This document shows positions 37,352-51,948 of a DNA stretch of 64,000 nucleotides, in pieces. The notes under the pieces are model-generated. The model was not told where the DNA came from. It searched no databases and saw nothing but the letters and a program-made list of their open reading frames with translations. A program made the translations under genes and the position numbers. The stretch lies in assembly GCA_023213395.1 (NCBI GenBank), contig CM041465.1, positions 102,121,741 to 102,185,740 of the forward strand. Reading direction: 5' to 3'. Positions within the stretch are counted from its first letter, which is position 1. Each line of letters begins with the position of its first letter. The stretch is from Cycas panzhihuaensis. Lineage: Eukaryota > Plantae > Cycadophyta.

Positions 37352-38581
37352 TAATTGCAGGGTCAGGGCACATCCTTAAGACCTCAAAGAAGAGGGAGGA
37401 ACCTCTCAAATGAAGTGAAGAATAAATAACTCATCACGTATTCCTTAACTCACTCCTAAATAGAAGGGAGGTGCCCTCCTACATGCATGCGAAGAAGGGA
37501 AATCTAATTAACCATTAACTAACAAAAGAATAAAGAATAACAACTAAAAGAAAGCAAAGAGAAACAAAAAGTAAACAATCCCTAACCACCTCTCTCCAAG
37601 GAGATAAATGATCTATAAGAGCTCCCAAAAAATAAGAGAGCTATTAGGGCCTTTGCCCCAAATGAAGATGCTCCTATGCTTTTTAAACTCTATCCATCTT
37701 AAACCTCTTAAAGGAAAGATCTAACTTAGCCCTTTACCAAAAATAAAAGTTAAAAACTATGTTGTACTATCTACAAAACATGAGGACTAATGGGAGGAGA
37801 AGTTAAAATGAGGCAAGACCATTGCATAGATCTGTTCATAAATAAGCCGATGAAAACTCATACTTGCTAGTAACAATCCATCCTCACAGTTGTGGAAGGT
37901 CTAGGACTACCCACATCCATATCCAACTAGCCACATTAACTCTTAGAGGTGAAAGAGATAATAAGACATTGCTCTCAACCCAAATTATAACTGTAGGCTC
38001 TCTCAACCATAAGTGATCAAGATAGTTGCCTGTCACCTTTGGTGTTTAGAACACTGTGAGAAAAATTAATCTCAAAGGAGGGTGAGTTTGTATGTTGAGG
38101 GCTTCACTTTCTGGTCAATCAAAAACTCCCTCGTAATAAAAAGTATTTGTCTCCAAAAGGAGGGTGAATTTGTGTGTAGGAGGTCTCAATTTCTCGTCAA
38201 TCAAAAACCCCATTACTTGGGGAAAGGGACCTATCCTCAGGGATAAACAAATAATATGCCTCTAAATGTAAGCTAGATATGCACTTTAATATTACATGCA
38301 ACCAATATAAAACTCATTTTATATAAACACACCAAGTAAGAGGTGCACTCTCACCTAATGTATTTAAATGCACATTATATGTCTATATATTTTTTCCTTT
38401 TCTTTTCTTTTTTATTATTTAAACTAAATCCACATGATATCTACCCTAATAAATAAGCACAAGGAGGTAAGGATGAATTTTTTCATTGCACTTACTCTTA
38501 TCTTAGTTGCAAGATGCATATGAGTTCCTTGACTTCTTTTGAATTTATGGAGTGTAATTAGGAAATAAATGCAACTAATTG

Positions 38582-38612
<31 letters not shown>

Positions 38613-39597
38613 ATTTTAATTTATTATGAATGGATGCATGCAAGTAGGATGCTTTCTTCTCTTTAATGAAAACACATGCAAACATCAAACCAACAAAATA
38701 AATAAGTAAGAAATATCCCTTGTGCAAGAGTATTATGCAACTTTTTACGTCTTTCCTTTTTATGTCTTAATTATACTAGCATGCAGAGCATGTAATGATA
38801 TTATGAAGCTTAAAATGAGAGGAGGTAAAGAAACATACACCTTCATATTGATTAAAGGCTGAGAATACCTCCTTTAGATTTTGTATGCTATACTTTTTAT
38901 AGTCAAGTTAAGAAAAAGCTAGGTATAATCTTCTAATTTTTATGAAATAATTATAATTTTAAATGATAACAAGCATAATGGTCTTTCCTACCAAAATTTT
39001 GATAGTATTTCAGTTGCACTAATAGAATTTTGGTGAAGAAAGAACTAGGAAAAGGTTTAAAATCCTGTTGAAATGGATTAAAGACTCTCCTTAAAGCTTT
39101 TTAATGAGGCAACTTACCCTCTTTAAGGAAAATTCAATAGCACAACAACTATTTCTTCTAAAATTTTTTAAGGTTATAACTATGAACATTAGTTGAGGAA
39201 GAAATATGAGAAAGGTGCGAAGATCCATGTTAAAAAGTAATTTAAGTTAAGAAAAAATAAATAATCAATTTTAAAATTTAAGAAATTATTTTTAGATAAC
39301 TAAGATATAAAATATATTCAAGTTTCTCAAGAAAATTAGGCCCATAAAATTAGCAAAAACATAATTTATTACCAATATGACATGAAACATATAGTGTAAA
39401 GAAAAATGATGTTTTAGATTTATATGCTTTATAGCCTCCAAATTACTCTACAACATACTCTAGCAAGCCATAGAGATGAAAAAGTCAAGTCGTGGGGAAG
39501 AACTCGAAGAAAATAGAGAGTCTCAACCCAAAAGGAGAAGTGAAGGGAGAGGAGTATATAGTAAATATAAGAGGGGGGTATGGATTTAGGTGGGATT
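37352..39597 (-). repeat. E2 5' LTR, portion left of E3
   Basis: Colinear with 16808-~19028. Confidence 0.9.
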
Positions 39598-40051
39598 TGT
39601 TACGAAGTTACACCTTATGCATATCTGAAACACATACAAATAACAAAAAATAGCAAAAGTAAAGAGTTGAAAATATGGAAAAGATTCTCCATGAATTGAA
39701 TTACAAACAATAAAGTATAAAGTTTATTTATATAGGATGATCAAGGCCCTCACATTATGGTTGACCTCATGAGGAGAAAATATCTTTATACTAAAATTGA
39801 CTTCAATGATACAATAAACATTTATATCATAACATAATTTATTTTAGCCAACTTACTTACATTTTAGTCAATTTCTATATAAACTAGGATGCTCATACTA
39901 AACTGAGGTATCTTGTAGGTTGACCTGCAGATAAGTACATTATTCATTCTAGTTGACTTACATATAGTATAATGGATACCTTTTGAGATTATATTTATTG
40001 ATGTCTTAATTCCAGAGTTTGTCTTCAATCAGATGTGAATTATTCTTAACA
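39598..40051 (-). repeat. E3 3' LTR (454 bp)
   Basis: TGTTACGAAG...TTCTTAACA, direct repeat of 51499-51948. Confidence 0.92.
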
Positions 40052-40069
40052 CCCTCCCTTAATGCATAT

Positions 40070-42330
40070 TCTAATGTTTTTTCTTAATGTCTGAAAGTTT
40101 TGTTATTGTTTTGAATTTGCAGCGCTTGATCTTATGAATCTTTTTAAAGATGATATCTGAATCTTGGTCTTCATTTAGATCTCTAACTAGTCTTATCACT
40201 TTAGATTTGTAGGGCTTGAACTTTTAGATTTGATCTTTAACTTGTCTTATTTGTTGTATCAATTTTAGAATTAAATACTTGGCTTTGGCATGCTTGATTC
40301 TCCTTTTCTATATATTTAGATTCTTCATCACCTGTATAGTATTCTTGATCATCGTAGGTGCAATTTTACTTTAGTATGGATCTTGCAATATCTTCTTTAT
40401 TTTAAGAAATTCTACTTCAATTTCTTTGAACTTTGGTTTAATTGGATTAGATTGAACCATACCATGGTCTCCATCTTGAACTGAAAAAATAACCTTCCTT
40501 TTCTTTGAATGATCTTTAGTCTTGTCATTTTGAGATAGATACATCCTTTGTTAACTTCCTTTTCCAAACCATCCAACTTGGTTTACAACTAAGGATAAAA
40601 AGTAGGTGACTAAGGAAGAATAATATTTTTAGAATCTATTGGTAGTCTTAATTCCTTTGACCTATACCGTTACCAACATGCTCATTAAAGGATCTTTCTT
40701 CATATATCTTCTCGTCAGTAGTCTCACTAATAATCAATTTATCAAAAGATCTTCCACATACTTCAATATGTTTTTGGCATGTTTTAACAATATCAACTTT
40801 ACTATTTTGCTGTAATAAGTCAATTCAAGTCTCTTTGATTGATCCTTTTGCAATATAAGCTCTTTTTTCCAAATCATGAGCAATGAAGTGTCTCATTGGC
40901 CAATTGAGGATTGTATCACTCTTGATGAGAGGCTATAAGCATCTTTGAAATTGCTTTGGAATTCTTATAGAAAGAATACGTATAGACATGCATGCAATAT
41001 TTGGATGCAATTCATTGGAATCACGAAGAGAATCTATAAATATATGCTTTGATTTCAACATTATGCTAAAGGAGCAGAGTATAATGGAAATCCTCTTCAC
41101 TAAAAATACTCTTAGTAGAAAGCATAGTCATATCTAACACAATTAAAGCTTAACATATTATTGAAAAAAAATAAAACATCCTTGTTCTGCTCTATATGTG
41201 TATTTCATCACTATGGTATGGAATTCTTCATAAAACATCATCCAGATTCTTACTTCTCCTCCTCAAGATAGCCATGGAGGCTAAGGCTTGATAAAAAACT
41301 TCATCATTTATTGTATCACATTTCACTATTTCAAATGTAACCATATTGTTTTGAAGACATTCTCTACTGCTCTTGTAGAGTATGCTAAGATGATTTGAAT
41401 CTAGTTAATAGTAAAAAATTCTTTTACGCTTAATAAAAATATGAGAAATCTTGTGCATATACGATCAATTATAAGACTTGACAATAGTTGCATTCTAGTA
41501 AAAAGCCTTTTAGCTAAAATTTTAACTACAGTATCTATTTTTAATAGAATAGTCTAATGATTATATTTTATTTTCAATGGAACAGGAGATAAGTCTGTTA
41601 TAATATCTCCAAGTTTATCATTTTTCTCGAAATGACCAAATACCATTAGATCTCTAGAGTGATCCAATCTTCTTGAAAATGAAACTTATTCATTAAAACA
41701 AGATTCATTTGTTGGAATAGATTTATATTTCTCTACAACATCAACTTTTTCTGATGATTCATTCTCACCACATGTCTAATTATTTTCTTTTCCTTCGCAG
41801 CTTTTCTTTTTAGCTTCTTAGTTAGGTTACTGTATATATTCTGTTCTTTCTTTGAAGTAGTTACTTCAATGACTTTTTTTGTATCAACAAATTTGTCATC
41901 CTATTTTCCTTCTTTGATCTTTTTAATATCCTTTATATGGACGATCCCTTTATTATTTTGTGACTTTTCCTTATGAGGAGCAAACTAATTTTTTAGAATT
42001 TTGAATGCTTTCCTTTTAGTATGTTGACCATAGATGCTTATATTCTTGATTCTAAATTCTTCAATAAGATGCTTATATATATCATTATTCAGGTATAATA
42101 TATATGGTAAAGTGTATCAACATTTTTAGCCTCAAGCTCCTTTTTTTCTTGCAAAGTTAACTGAGTAGCATGAGGGATAAGTTTTGGTTCTAAGTAGCCA
42201 TTAAAAATAAAATTTCACAACTTACGTAAAATCAAATGATTTATTAACTTCCTTAACCATTCAACTTAATTCTCCTCATTCAACCTTATCAAGTGTGGAT
42301 AAGGTTCAATTGTAACAATTATTGTATCAT
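40070..42330 (-). pseudogene. E3 internal coding remnant: copia Gag N-terminus plus vestigial pol fragments
   Basis: LNEEN*VEWLRKLINHLILRKL*NFIFNGYLEP (gag N-terminus); LNWPMRHF...KRAYIAKGSIKE (RT-like); EDQDSDIIFKK (RH end-like). Confidence 0.6.
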
Positions 42331-42737
42331 CGAATGCTTTTATATCTCTCCCTCAAAGTAAGACTTACTACATAAATTCTTCAATTTGGGAAGTTTAGAT
42401 CTTCTAGATACTACTTTTAATCCTTACAATAATAATAGTGGCTACCAACTAGTTTTCTTTGCTACTTCTTATTGATACATACTGAAGCAATTATCCACCT
42501 TAAATATGATTGAATTCTTTTCTAAATAATTACATGCTTAGTATAGACTTTCTTCTGAAGCTTTATAGTAATGAAGATGTTTGCACAATATTTCAAAATC
42601 ATGTAGTCATGGGCCAATAAAGACATCACTTGACTTTTATATTCAACTCAATAGACTATAAGAAACTTAGTTGTAAAAGGCTATAAAAAGTAAAAGAAAC
42701 TCGATTTTATCTTTAATAAAGACATATAATAGAAACT

Positions 42738-43038
42738 TGTTGGGTAAAAGATGTAGTGTCACAATCCACTATACTAAAGCAATGGTATATAATAAAAGCA
42801 AAATAGAGAGAATAAGATTGGGTGCAAAAATGAGAGGTGAGAATTATAACTCTTCCTTTTATATTCAATCTTATATATCGGAGGATGTGCATTAGGATTT
42901 TCAAAGGAGTTTTCTGCCTAATGACATGATTTCAAAATTACACTTAAATGTTAATGAAATTACATTTAACTATGTGACTTAGTTAATTTAAAATCACCTT
43001 TAATTAATCTGATGACCTTGATGCATTAACATCCATCA
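42738..43038 (-). repeat. E4 3' LTR (301 bp)
   Basis: TGTTGGGT...ATCCATCA, direct repeat of 50213-50538. Confidence 0.9.
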
Positions 43039-43515
43039 ATATGTCTCTTAATAGTAAAATGTCATTATGATAAAATCTATTATATGAAGTCATTTTTTGA
43101 GCCTCATTATTGTATTGAAATTCTAAATGACACTTTTATAGGAAAACTCTCATGAAAAATAAAAACCCATAAACTTTCTAAGATCTATAGCCCATTTTAT
43201 AAATCAAAATGGCTTAGGTGGCCCTTGATGTAGCTTGATAGCTAAGTAACTTAAATGTGTAGTTTGATATACTGAGTCTCCATATATCATTTGGTCATCC
43301 TCTATGCCCTCTCAGGTTTTACAAGTTCCAATTTTCTAAGACTAGTACAACCTTTATCCTTCTATGCCCATAAAGGGGTTTTCACAAAGAGGATAGAGTA
43401 GAGACTTACTCTTATTCTTTTGTTCCCACAAGGGGTTTTCACGAATGGAATAGAGTATAGTGATCATGTTTGTCATCTCCTCCAATCAGTCGGAGATGGA
43501 GGCCTAAAGGTTGAG

Positions 43516-46500
43516 TTACCTACGAAATTGTTCAAACTTCACTCTTTGTAGTGGTTTAATGAAGATATCAATCACTTGATCTGCTATGGGGTAGTACTCT
43601 AGTTGAATTATTCCATCATGAACTAATTCTCGAACTCTGTGGACTTTTATATTTATGTGTTTGGTACGATCGTGAAATACAAAAATTTTTGTCATATGAA
43701 TTACTAATTGATTATCACAAAAGTTAGTAGGATGTGTTTGAGTGATATTCAATGTTTCTAATAATTTCCTAAGCCATATCACTTCTTTGTTGGTTTCAGA
43801 AGTAACGATATATTTAACTTTAGTAGTTGAATTAACAACTATCTTCTGCTATCTAAATTTTCATGATATTAGTGCTATTCCAAGAAATGCTATGTACCCA
43901 TACGTGGATCTCTGTGTGTCTTTATCTTCGATAAAGTTCAAGTCTGTATATGCATATAGTTTAAACTATAAATTAGGTTCATACATCATACCATATTTGC
44001 TGGTCATCTTAAGGTATCTCAATACTTGCATTACTACTTGCTAATGATTCTGCTTAGGATTTATCATGCAACGAGCAAGAATAATGACAAAGTATGCAAT
44101 ATCAGGTCTTGTATTAGTAGTATAGATGAGATTACCTACAAGTTGCTTGTAAAGTATTGTGTCTGTCTCTTGATCATCGCCATTAGCTGTTAGTTTAACA
44201 TCGGGTTCCATTGGAGTGGCTATAGTTCGAGCATCTTCCAACAAAAACTTTGTTAGAAGATTGTTAATGTACTTTTTTTAAGAATGAAAGATTTTTCCAT
44301 CTTTTTGAGTGACATCAATCCCCAAGTAGTATTTCATCAGCCCAAGGTAAGATAATTCAAATGTTTTAGCTAAGTCATTTCTTAGCTAGTTGATTGCCTA
44401 TTTACTGTTTTCTATTATTAACATATCGTCCATAAAGATTAAGAGATAAGTGATTTTATCCTTTTAGTATTTGATGGACAATGTTGCATTAATATCTTAG
44501 TAGTCACAAACCTCATATCCAAGTTGCCTCATTCTTTGTGACAACTTGGTTAACTAAGCACGAGGGGCTTGTTTAAGGCCATATAAGAACTTTTTGAGCC
44601 TGCACACTTTATGCTCTTGACCAACAATCTCAAATCCTTTAGGTTGAGCCATATAAATTTTTTCTTCAAGATCACTATTAAGAAATGTGATTTTTATATT
44701 GAGCTGGTGAATCTTCCAACCTTATTGAGATTCTAAGGCCATAAGAGTTCTAATTGTAGGTCATTTGGTCATAGGTGCAAAGACTTTAGTGTAGTAGATG
44801 CCTTCCTTTTGTGTGAATCCCTTTGCTACCAACCTCGCCTTGTGTTTTTCAAAGGTGCCATTAGATCTATATTTATTTTTTTATATCCTTTTTTTTTGAA
44901 CTACATTTCTTCCAAGTGGTAGGTCGACGAGCTCCTATGTACCACTTTTTATAAGAGATTGATACTCTTCATTCATAACATTCCTCCAAGTTATGTGTTT
45001 TCCAGCTTCTTGGTATAAGAGAGGCTCTTCATTGAGAGCAAGATGCAATTTTACAAGTTCTAACTCAATGAAAAGTGATTTTTGCATCTTGGTTCTATAA
45101 GCATTTCAAGTGCCAAATTTGGCCATCTCATCAGGTCATATATTCTTATTCAACTAGCAGGCTTCATGAGAACCTCAAGTTGGGAATGGGGTCTTCATTT
45201 CTCTAACTACATGGTCTTTGTTGGGATCTTGAAAAGGATAATTTTGCATATTTATCGAGGAGGATATTGACGCATCTGGGGAGAATAGTCCATCTTCTAC
45301 TGCTTTGTCTTTGTCAACTTTGCTATTTTAAATAGTGGTGCATGATATGCACTCATTGGATGAGAGTCATAGCTACTATCCTCCATGGCTCTATTGTCAG
45401 ATTCCAATAGTTTTAAGTAACTCTTGAGTGTCTTTCCCTCAAAATTTTAGAATCTGTACACCATATTAAGTAGCATTACAGTAATAGAAGTTTGGTGTTT
45501 TAGAGTCTAATTGTAATAATTGATCCTTTGTTTCAACAAACACCACGTCTCTAGTGATGATAATCTTTCGCTATGAAGATATAAAGACATTGTATCATTT
45601 CTTGTCTATAGGGTATCCAACAAAGATGTCTTTAAGTGCTCTGGGCTAGAGTTTATTTCTATCTCCATCTAGTATATGGGCATAACATGTTAAACCAAAT
45701 ATTTTGAAGTGGTAGGTACTAGGAGCTTGTCCAGTCCATTTTTTATTAGGAGAACTTCCTCTTTTAGATGGGCTGACAACATTCATGCAATAAACGACTA
45801 TTTAAATTGCTTCCACCCATAGGTAAATAGGTACATTTTTATAAACAAATATAGCTTGAGCTATATTCATAATAGGCCTATTCATGCTCTCGACAACTTT
45901 ATTCTATTGGGGGATGCTTGCTATTATAGTATGATGCTTAATGCCGTTGTCTCGTAGATAGGTTTCAAACTTAGTAGAGGTACATTCTCCACCATTATCT
46001 ATTCAGAGATGCTTAATTTGATAACCTAACTCCTTTTTAGTGCAAGCTTTAAAAATAAAAATGCCTCATCTTTCTTAGTTAGAAAAGCCACCCATACTTT
46101 CTTGGTAAAATCATTAATGAAGGATATGTAATATAATTTTTGCTTTAATGATAGAATGGGTATTTGTCCACATAGATTAGAATGTATCAATTATAGAGGA
46201 GGACTTGATTTTCACTAACTATCAATAAAGTGTTGTCTATGAGATTTGGCTATGATACATGCTTTATATGTAAAAGGCTTGGAGGAGAACTTGGGTAGAC
46301 CTGGAAGGGTATGACAAAGATCTCTAAGTTGATTGATATGAACATGGCCTATCCGAACATGCCAAAGATCTTCTAGGGACAACTTAGGGTGTGCCAAAGT
46401 GGCATTAAAAATAAAATCTTCATCAGCACAAGGGCTTTGAGCATAGTTAGTTTCAAAAGATGGGGATCTATTCAATCTAAATAATTTACTAGTAAGTACA

Positions 46501-47995
46501 TCAGCGAAGACCACTCAATTTGTTGGAGGGTGAATGACCTAGAGCTTTTGGTCATTTTTGGTAACACTAAGATTGAATCCATGGGAGACGAATGGATAAG
46601 GAGAGTAGGATTTATTTCAGATTAGGAATATAAAAGACATCAAGTAATGTGAAATCTCTCAAGCCTAGAAGTTTCAAATGTATGTTTCTAATACCTTCAA
46701 CTGATTATTAGGATTTATTAGCCATGTGAATAATACCATATGCATTGGAATCAAAAGTTTGGTATAGATCCTGATTATAGGTCATATGTTATATCACTCT
46801 TGTATCCATGATCCATGAGGAGGTGTTTGAAATTATACTGTTTGCAACTCTAAGATGGATTTGCATTGGTGATTCAAGATCATAAGTGGCATAGCCATAA
46901 TGGGCTTCAAAATACCTCTTAGTTTGATTAATGATTTTTCTATCAAGTCTTTGAATGTATGTTTGAGTAAAACCTACACCACCAAACTATTCTTCGTATG
47001 TTTCATCAATATTGTAAGCCTTGTATTTTTGTTAAAATTTAGGCAACTTGTATGTAGGTATACGACAATCCTTTACAAGGTGTCCTCTCTTGTTACATCT
47101 TTCGTACATGATAATCTAATTTTCAATGCCTGAAGTACTAGTTTGGTTTGACTATCTTGCATTAAAACATGGCGTTTGGCTTTGAGACTATATAAGCTAC
47201 TATTGTTGAGGGTTTTGTTGACTTTATGGTTAATTTCCTCTACCTCGTCCTCTACCTCTTGCTTGGTTATTTCCTCTACTATGAGAGGGACCTTGATTAT
47301 TTAAGAAGCCTTCTTTCACATCAAAAGTTGTATCTAGAAGAGGATATAAAGTTTTAAAATTAGTATAAAAGGTCTTATCAAATTCTATAAACTTCTCTAC
47401 AAGAGCTTTAAAGTTAAGTTTCTTCAATGTTTCACTTTGTTAAAAACTCCTAAGTAAGTTCTTTTAATCAAGTATATGTAGATAAGATTATATAAGAAAT
47501 GCTTATGTAATACATTGGATCTTAAAATCCTTGTCTATTGCTTGTTTGATTGGTCAAAGGAGGTTGATTGTTTCATGTACATGTCCTTTCTATATCTTTA
47601 TCTTGTTCATGTTTAAGACTAGATGAACAAATTCAAGGTCAGATTTTACATCGAAATTCTTTTTAAAAACTTTGATGACTTTTCAGGCTGTACTATATTA
47701 TTCTTTATAAATTAAATTATGCAGGGAGTGATCGGTCACCAATAAAATACCTACATAAATCTTCTCATCATTGATCTTCCATTGTAGTTTAGTTGTAAGA
47801 TTTGGTAGAGCTATAAGTGGTGTTCCTCCAAAGGCAGGTTTTGTTACTGTCATAGGGATGATAGGTGTGAGTTACAGATGGGGTCTCTAAAGGCCTTCAT
47901 ACTTAGCAATATTTTTGACTCCAGTGTATCATAGATCCTAATTATCTTTCCCTTTTAAGATGCAGTTTACATTCTACTTAAATTGAGAAGATATA
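43516..47995 (-). pseudogene. E4 gag-pol
   Basis: NCILKGKDN (gag), LWHVRIGH...ACIIAKSHR (INT), ATPMEP...YKQLVGNLIYTTNTRPDI (RT), FHDRTKHI...QVIDIFIKPL (RH). Confidence 0.92.
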
Positions 47996-50212
47996 GTGAA
48001 GATGATAAAGTGAAAGAGGTAGTGAAGAAATAGTAAATGAAAATACCACTAGCACATGTGGTTGATACATCTAGCGCATGGGGGGAAATATGATTAATTT
48101 ATAAGCAATGATAATAGGCCACCAACACTTGTGGCAAATACTTCTAACGCAGTAGGGTTTGGTGATATGTACAAATTATAATATAAGGATCACAAAGATA
48201 AATGATATGTTATGTGAACATAAAATCAAGATTATGACCATGTAGAAGATGACATCTAGGTGCACATAACTAAAAACCAAGTGTGATATATGATATGTGA
48301 TCAAATCCAAACCTCTATCTCAAGTCCAAAGTAGTTAAGGTGTTGATGCCTAAGGGGATTTCTAGTATATATATTAGGGTCTTCATCTGTGATACCTGTA
48401 CTTACATTTGGTGATAAAATCCAAGTCATAATGGAGCCCAGGTACTCTTAGTCCTCACCCAGTTCACTAGTAAACAACTACATACCTCCTTTGAAAGAGC
48501 CAAATGGTACATGCGTATCCCATGACTATGATAGATATTGGACTGAGTATATTTTAATCTTGATTAAAGTTTTTTATTTTCCTAGGTGTTTATTACGATT
48601 ATCCCTAATTGGAAGTTGTAGGTATAGATAACCTGTCCCTTCACCACTATCTAAGTTAAGACCATATCCAATATGAAACTCACACTTTCCTTATGGCATA
48701 GACTTCAACTAACTATGCTCTATTTCAACCAAGGCGTATGTGTGCATAAGTTAAGAATTGACAGTATAAGTCATACAGATGAGATTCTTTTTAGGAAATA
48801 GTGAAAGTTATTTTTAAATAATTTGTACTAAAAATTAAAATAGAAAGATGCCAAATACTTGCTTGTCTTCTATGTTTACTTGCTGTTATTACTGCTTTAT
48901 GTGTTGCTTTATGCTATGCGTGAAAATAGAAAGAGCATGCTAAATTTAACAAGGGAGCCATATGTTACTTTCGATCTAAGGTTTTCCTTCTTTTAGTACA
49001 ATGTTTCTAAATATAATTTTAGAAATTTCAATACAAAAGCTATAAAATGTCAAAAAGTAGATCAACCAATCACTAAAATAATAATTTTTTTAAATATATA
49101 AGTATAATAATTTTATTATATTTTATGATTTTATTTCATAAAATTTACAAATGATAATAAATAGGTAAAATTTTATAAAAATTATAAATATAGAGGCTTA
49201 GATGATAGAATCTAAATTTGTGATAGAAGAGAAAAGTGTTCAAAATGTTGTTTCTGATAAGATATTGAAGTTAGATTTTTGAAAATGCATTAAAAAGATT
49301 TGTCCGAAAAAAACACAAAAGTAGAATCTTGCCAAATTCATTATCTTAGAATATAAATTTTAGTATGCCAAAAGCTTTGTCTTGATACATACATCAACTT
49401 TTCTTTCTGCAGTAGCTCCAAAAATAGCCAAAAAATTGTTTAAAATGCCCTTGAAACATTTTTTATGTGATTGAGTAAGTAGATTCAACATCCATCAAAA
49501 AATTGCAAAGATTTCATTAACTAATGAATAAAATTTGACGAGATTGGTCTCAAAATACTCTTGAGACATAAATCTATTAGATCCCTAAAAATAAAATTAG
49601 ATTTTTAATTTATATTTAAAAGATTTCACTGAGGAAAGTGCCCTAAGTCACTCATCTATGAATTTTAACCTTTTTTAGAAAACTTTACACTAAAAACTCA
49701 ATGAAATTTAATGGGACTAAACCTAAAATATATTTTTTATTTAGTTATACTAAAACCCTTAAAGAATTTCAACAAAAATCAATTAGATCTAAAGAAATCA
49801 ATAGTAGATCATTTATATAGGTAAAAATTATGTTTCAACCAAAACTGGCTATTGTAATCTAAATCTAAAGATGCTCTAGACGATAAAAATGATCCTCTTG
49901 GCTGGGTAACCTTACACATCAAATTTTATTAAAATCTAAGATGATCAAAATTTTCGTAAAATTTTAGGCCTTCAATATAGTTCAGAGCTATTTCAGCAAC
50001 CAAACGGCTTCAAAAATCAACCTTTTTTACCTTTGAAATTTTGCACATATAATAAATATAGCAACATATAAAATAATAAAATTTTAAGCTCTCTAATACA
50101 AAAATAAAGTTCTTAAATAAGTCCTCAACCTCACATGAATTGTGAGTGAGACATTAATGGCTCTGTGTAAGCCTAGTGGCGAAATGTTGTCAACAATAGC
50201 TCTGATATCAGT

Positions 50213-50538
50213 TGTTTGGTGAAGGATCTAGTTTCACAATCCATTACACTAAAGCAATAGTATATAATAAGAATAAAATAGAAAGAATAAGATTGAGAGC
50301 AAAAATAAAAGATAAGAATTATGACTCTCTTTTTCATATTCAGTCTTATATATCAGAGGATGTGTATTAGGGTTTCTAAAGAGGATGTGCATTAGGGTTT
50401 TCAAAGGAGTTTTTCGCATAATGACATGATCCTAAAATTATATTTAACTGTAAATAAAATTACATTTAACTATATGATTTATCTAACTTAAAGTCATCTT
50501 TAATTAATCTAATGATCTTGATGCATTAACATTCATCA
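50213..50538 (-). repeat. E4 5' LTR (326 bp, includes a ~25-bp internal duplication AGAGGATGTGYATTAGGGTTT)
   Basis: Direct repeat of 42738-43038. Confidence 0.9.
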
Positions 50539-50659
50539 CAATTTTCCATTAAGGTATAAAAATACACATTCTTAGTTGAGTATACAAATTCTCTACTCCT
50601 AATCTAATGACATATTTTATATTACATCACATATTCAATCTTTATAATAAGTTTAACCT

Positions 50660-51140
50660 TTCATATAATAGTATGTAATCATCAGAATAGATGTAGCTAG
50701 AAATATATAACTAATAGTATGTGTATCAATAGTATGTATAATCAACAATATATAATCAATACTTTACAATATGTTACTGATAATATAATTTAACTTAACA
50801 AAATAATAATTTTCTAGCAGTACATATATAACATATAGTAGCAATAGATATATGTTGTTAACACTATATATAACCAACAATATAACCAATGGAATTCTGC
50901 TTATGACCAATAGAACTCAACATATGACGAACAATAATAGTGTAAAAATAGTAGTAAATTTAGTAGTATATATAACTAATAGTATAATTAGTAGAATTTA
51001 ACTTATGACTAATAGATTTTAGTATATAATCAATAGTAACAATAAAAATAACATTATAATTTTAGCAATATATATAACCAATAGTATAACTAGTAAAATT
51101 CAATTTGTGACTAACAAATTTTAATAGTAACAACAATGAA
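50660..51140. repeat. Degenerate AT-rich minisatellite in the E3 leader
   Basis: Mixed ~13-bp AATAGTATATAAC and ~20-bp AATAGAATTCAACTTATGAC units. Confidence 0.65.
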
Positions 51141-51498
51141 TATATGACATAAAAACAATAATATATACCTTAATAATAATAGATCATAATTGGTCAAAAG
51201 ATAACACGTAGATGGTAGCAAATTTTAGTAGAGATTAATAGTAGATGACAAATTGAAATACTACCTTTTCATCACAGATATTATGAAAAAAACATACCAG
51301 GACACCTTGATTGAGATTATGATTGAACTCAGCTCAAATCTAGACTCTATGATGATCCTCTTAGGGCAGCCACTAGAATTTCCAGACTTAGTTAATTTCA
51401 GGATAGATCTAGACTTTTATAATCTTCTGGTAGAATCAACTACCAGTACAGATAGAAAGGATGAAATTAAGACCTCCAAAATGCCTACTTTGATACCA

Positions 51499-51948
51499 TG
51501 TTACGAAGTTACATCTTATACATATATGAAACATATATAAATAATGAAAAATAACAGAAGTAAAAGATGAAAATATGAAGAAGATTTTCTATGAATTGAA
51601 TTACAAAAAATGAAGTATGATATGTCTTTATATAGTACGATCAAGACCCTGACATTGTGGTTAACATCATGAGAAGAAAATATCTTTATACTAAAATTGA
51701 ATTCAATGATATAATAAACATTTATACCATAATATAATTTATTCTAGTCAAGTTACTTACATTTTGGCTGACTTCCATATAAACGATGCTCATATTGAAC
51801 TTGGGTATATTGTAGGTCAACCTATAGACAAGTATATAACTCATTCTAGTCGACTTATATATTGTACAATATATATCTTTTGAGACTATACTTATTGATG
51901 TTTTAATTCTAGAGTTTGTCCTCTATCAGATGTGCATTATTCTTAATA
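51499..51948 (-). repeat. E3 5' LTR (450 bp)
   Basis: Direct repeat of 39598-40051, next to the reverse PBS. Confidence 0.92.

Larger units (their letters stand above)
42738..50538 (-). mobile_element. E4: decayed Ty1/copia related to E5, inserted in the E3 leader
   Basis: LTR pair 42738-43038 / 50213-50538; reverse PBS GCTCTGATATCA 50199-50210; degenerate TSD AAACT/CAATT. Confidence 0.9.
39598..51948 (-). mobile_element. E3: non-autonomous copia-derived LTR element (~4.5 kb without E4), inserted in the E2 5' LTR
   Basis: LTR pair 39598-40051 / 51499-51948; reverse PBS CTTTGATACCA ending 51498; reverse PPT CCCTCCCTTAA from 40052; flanks GGATT/GGAAC; the empty site GGGAACACTCT is present in the other E2 LTR. 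Confidence 0.88.

Noticed and set aside
42738-43038. Complete LTR swap between E4 and E5
   Set aside because: The LTRs share length and scattered colinear motifs (GGATC, CACTAAA, CATTAAC), so divergence is more parsimonious
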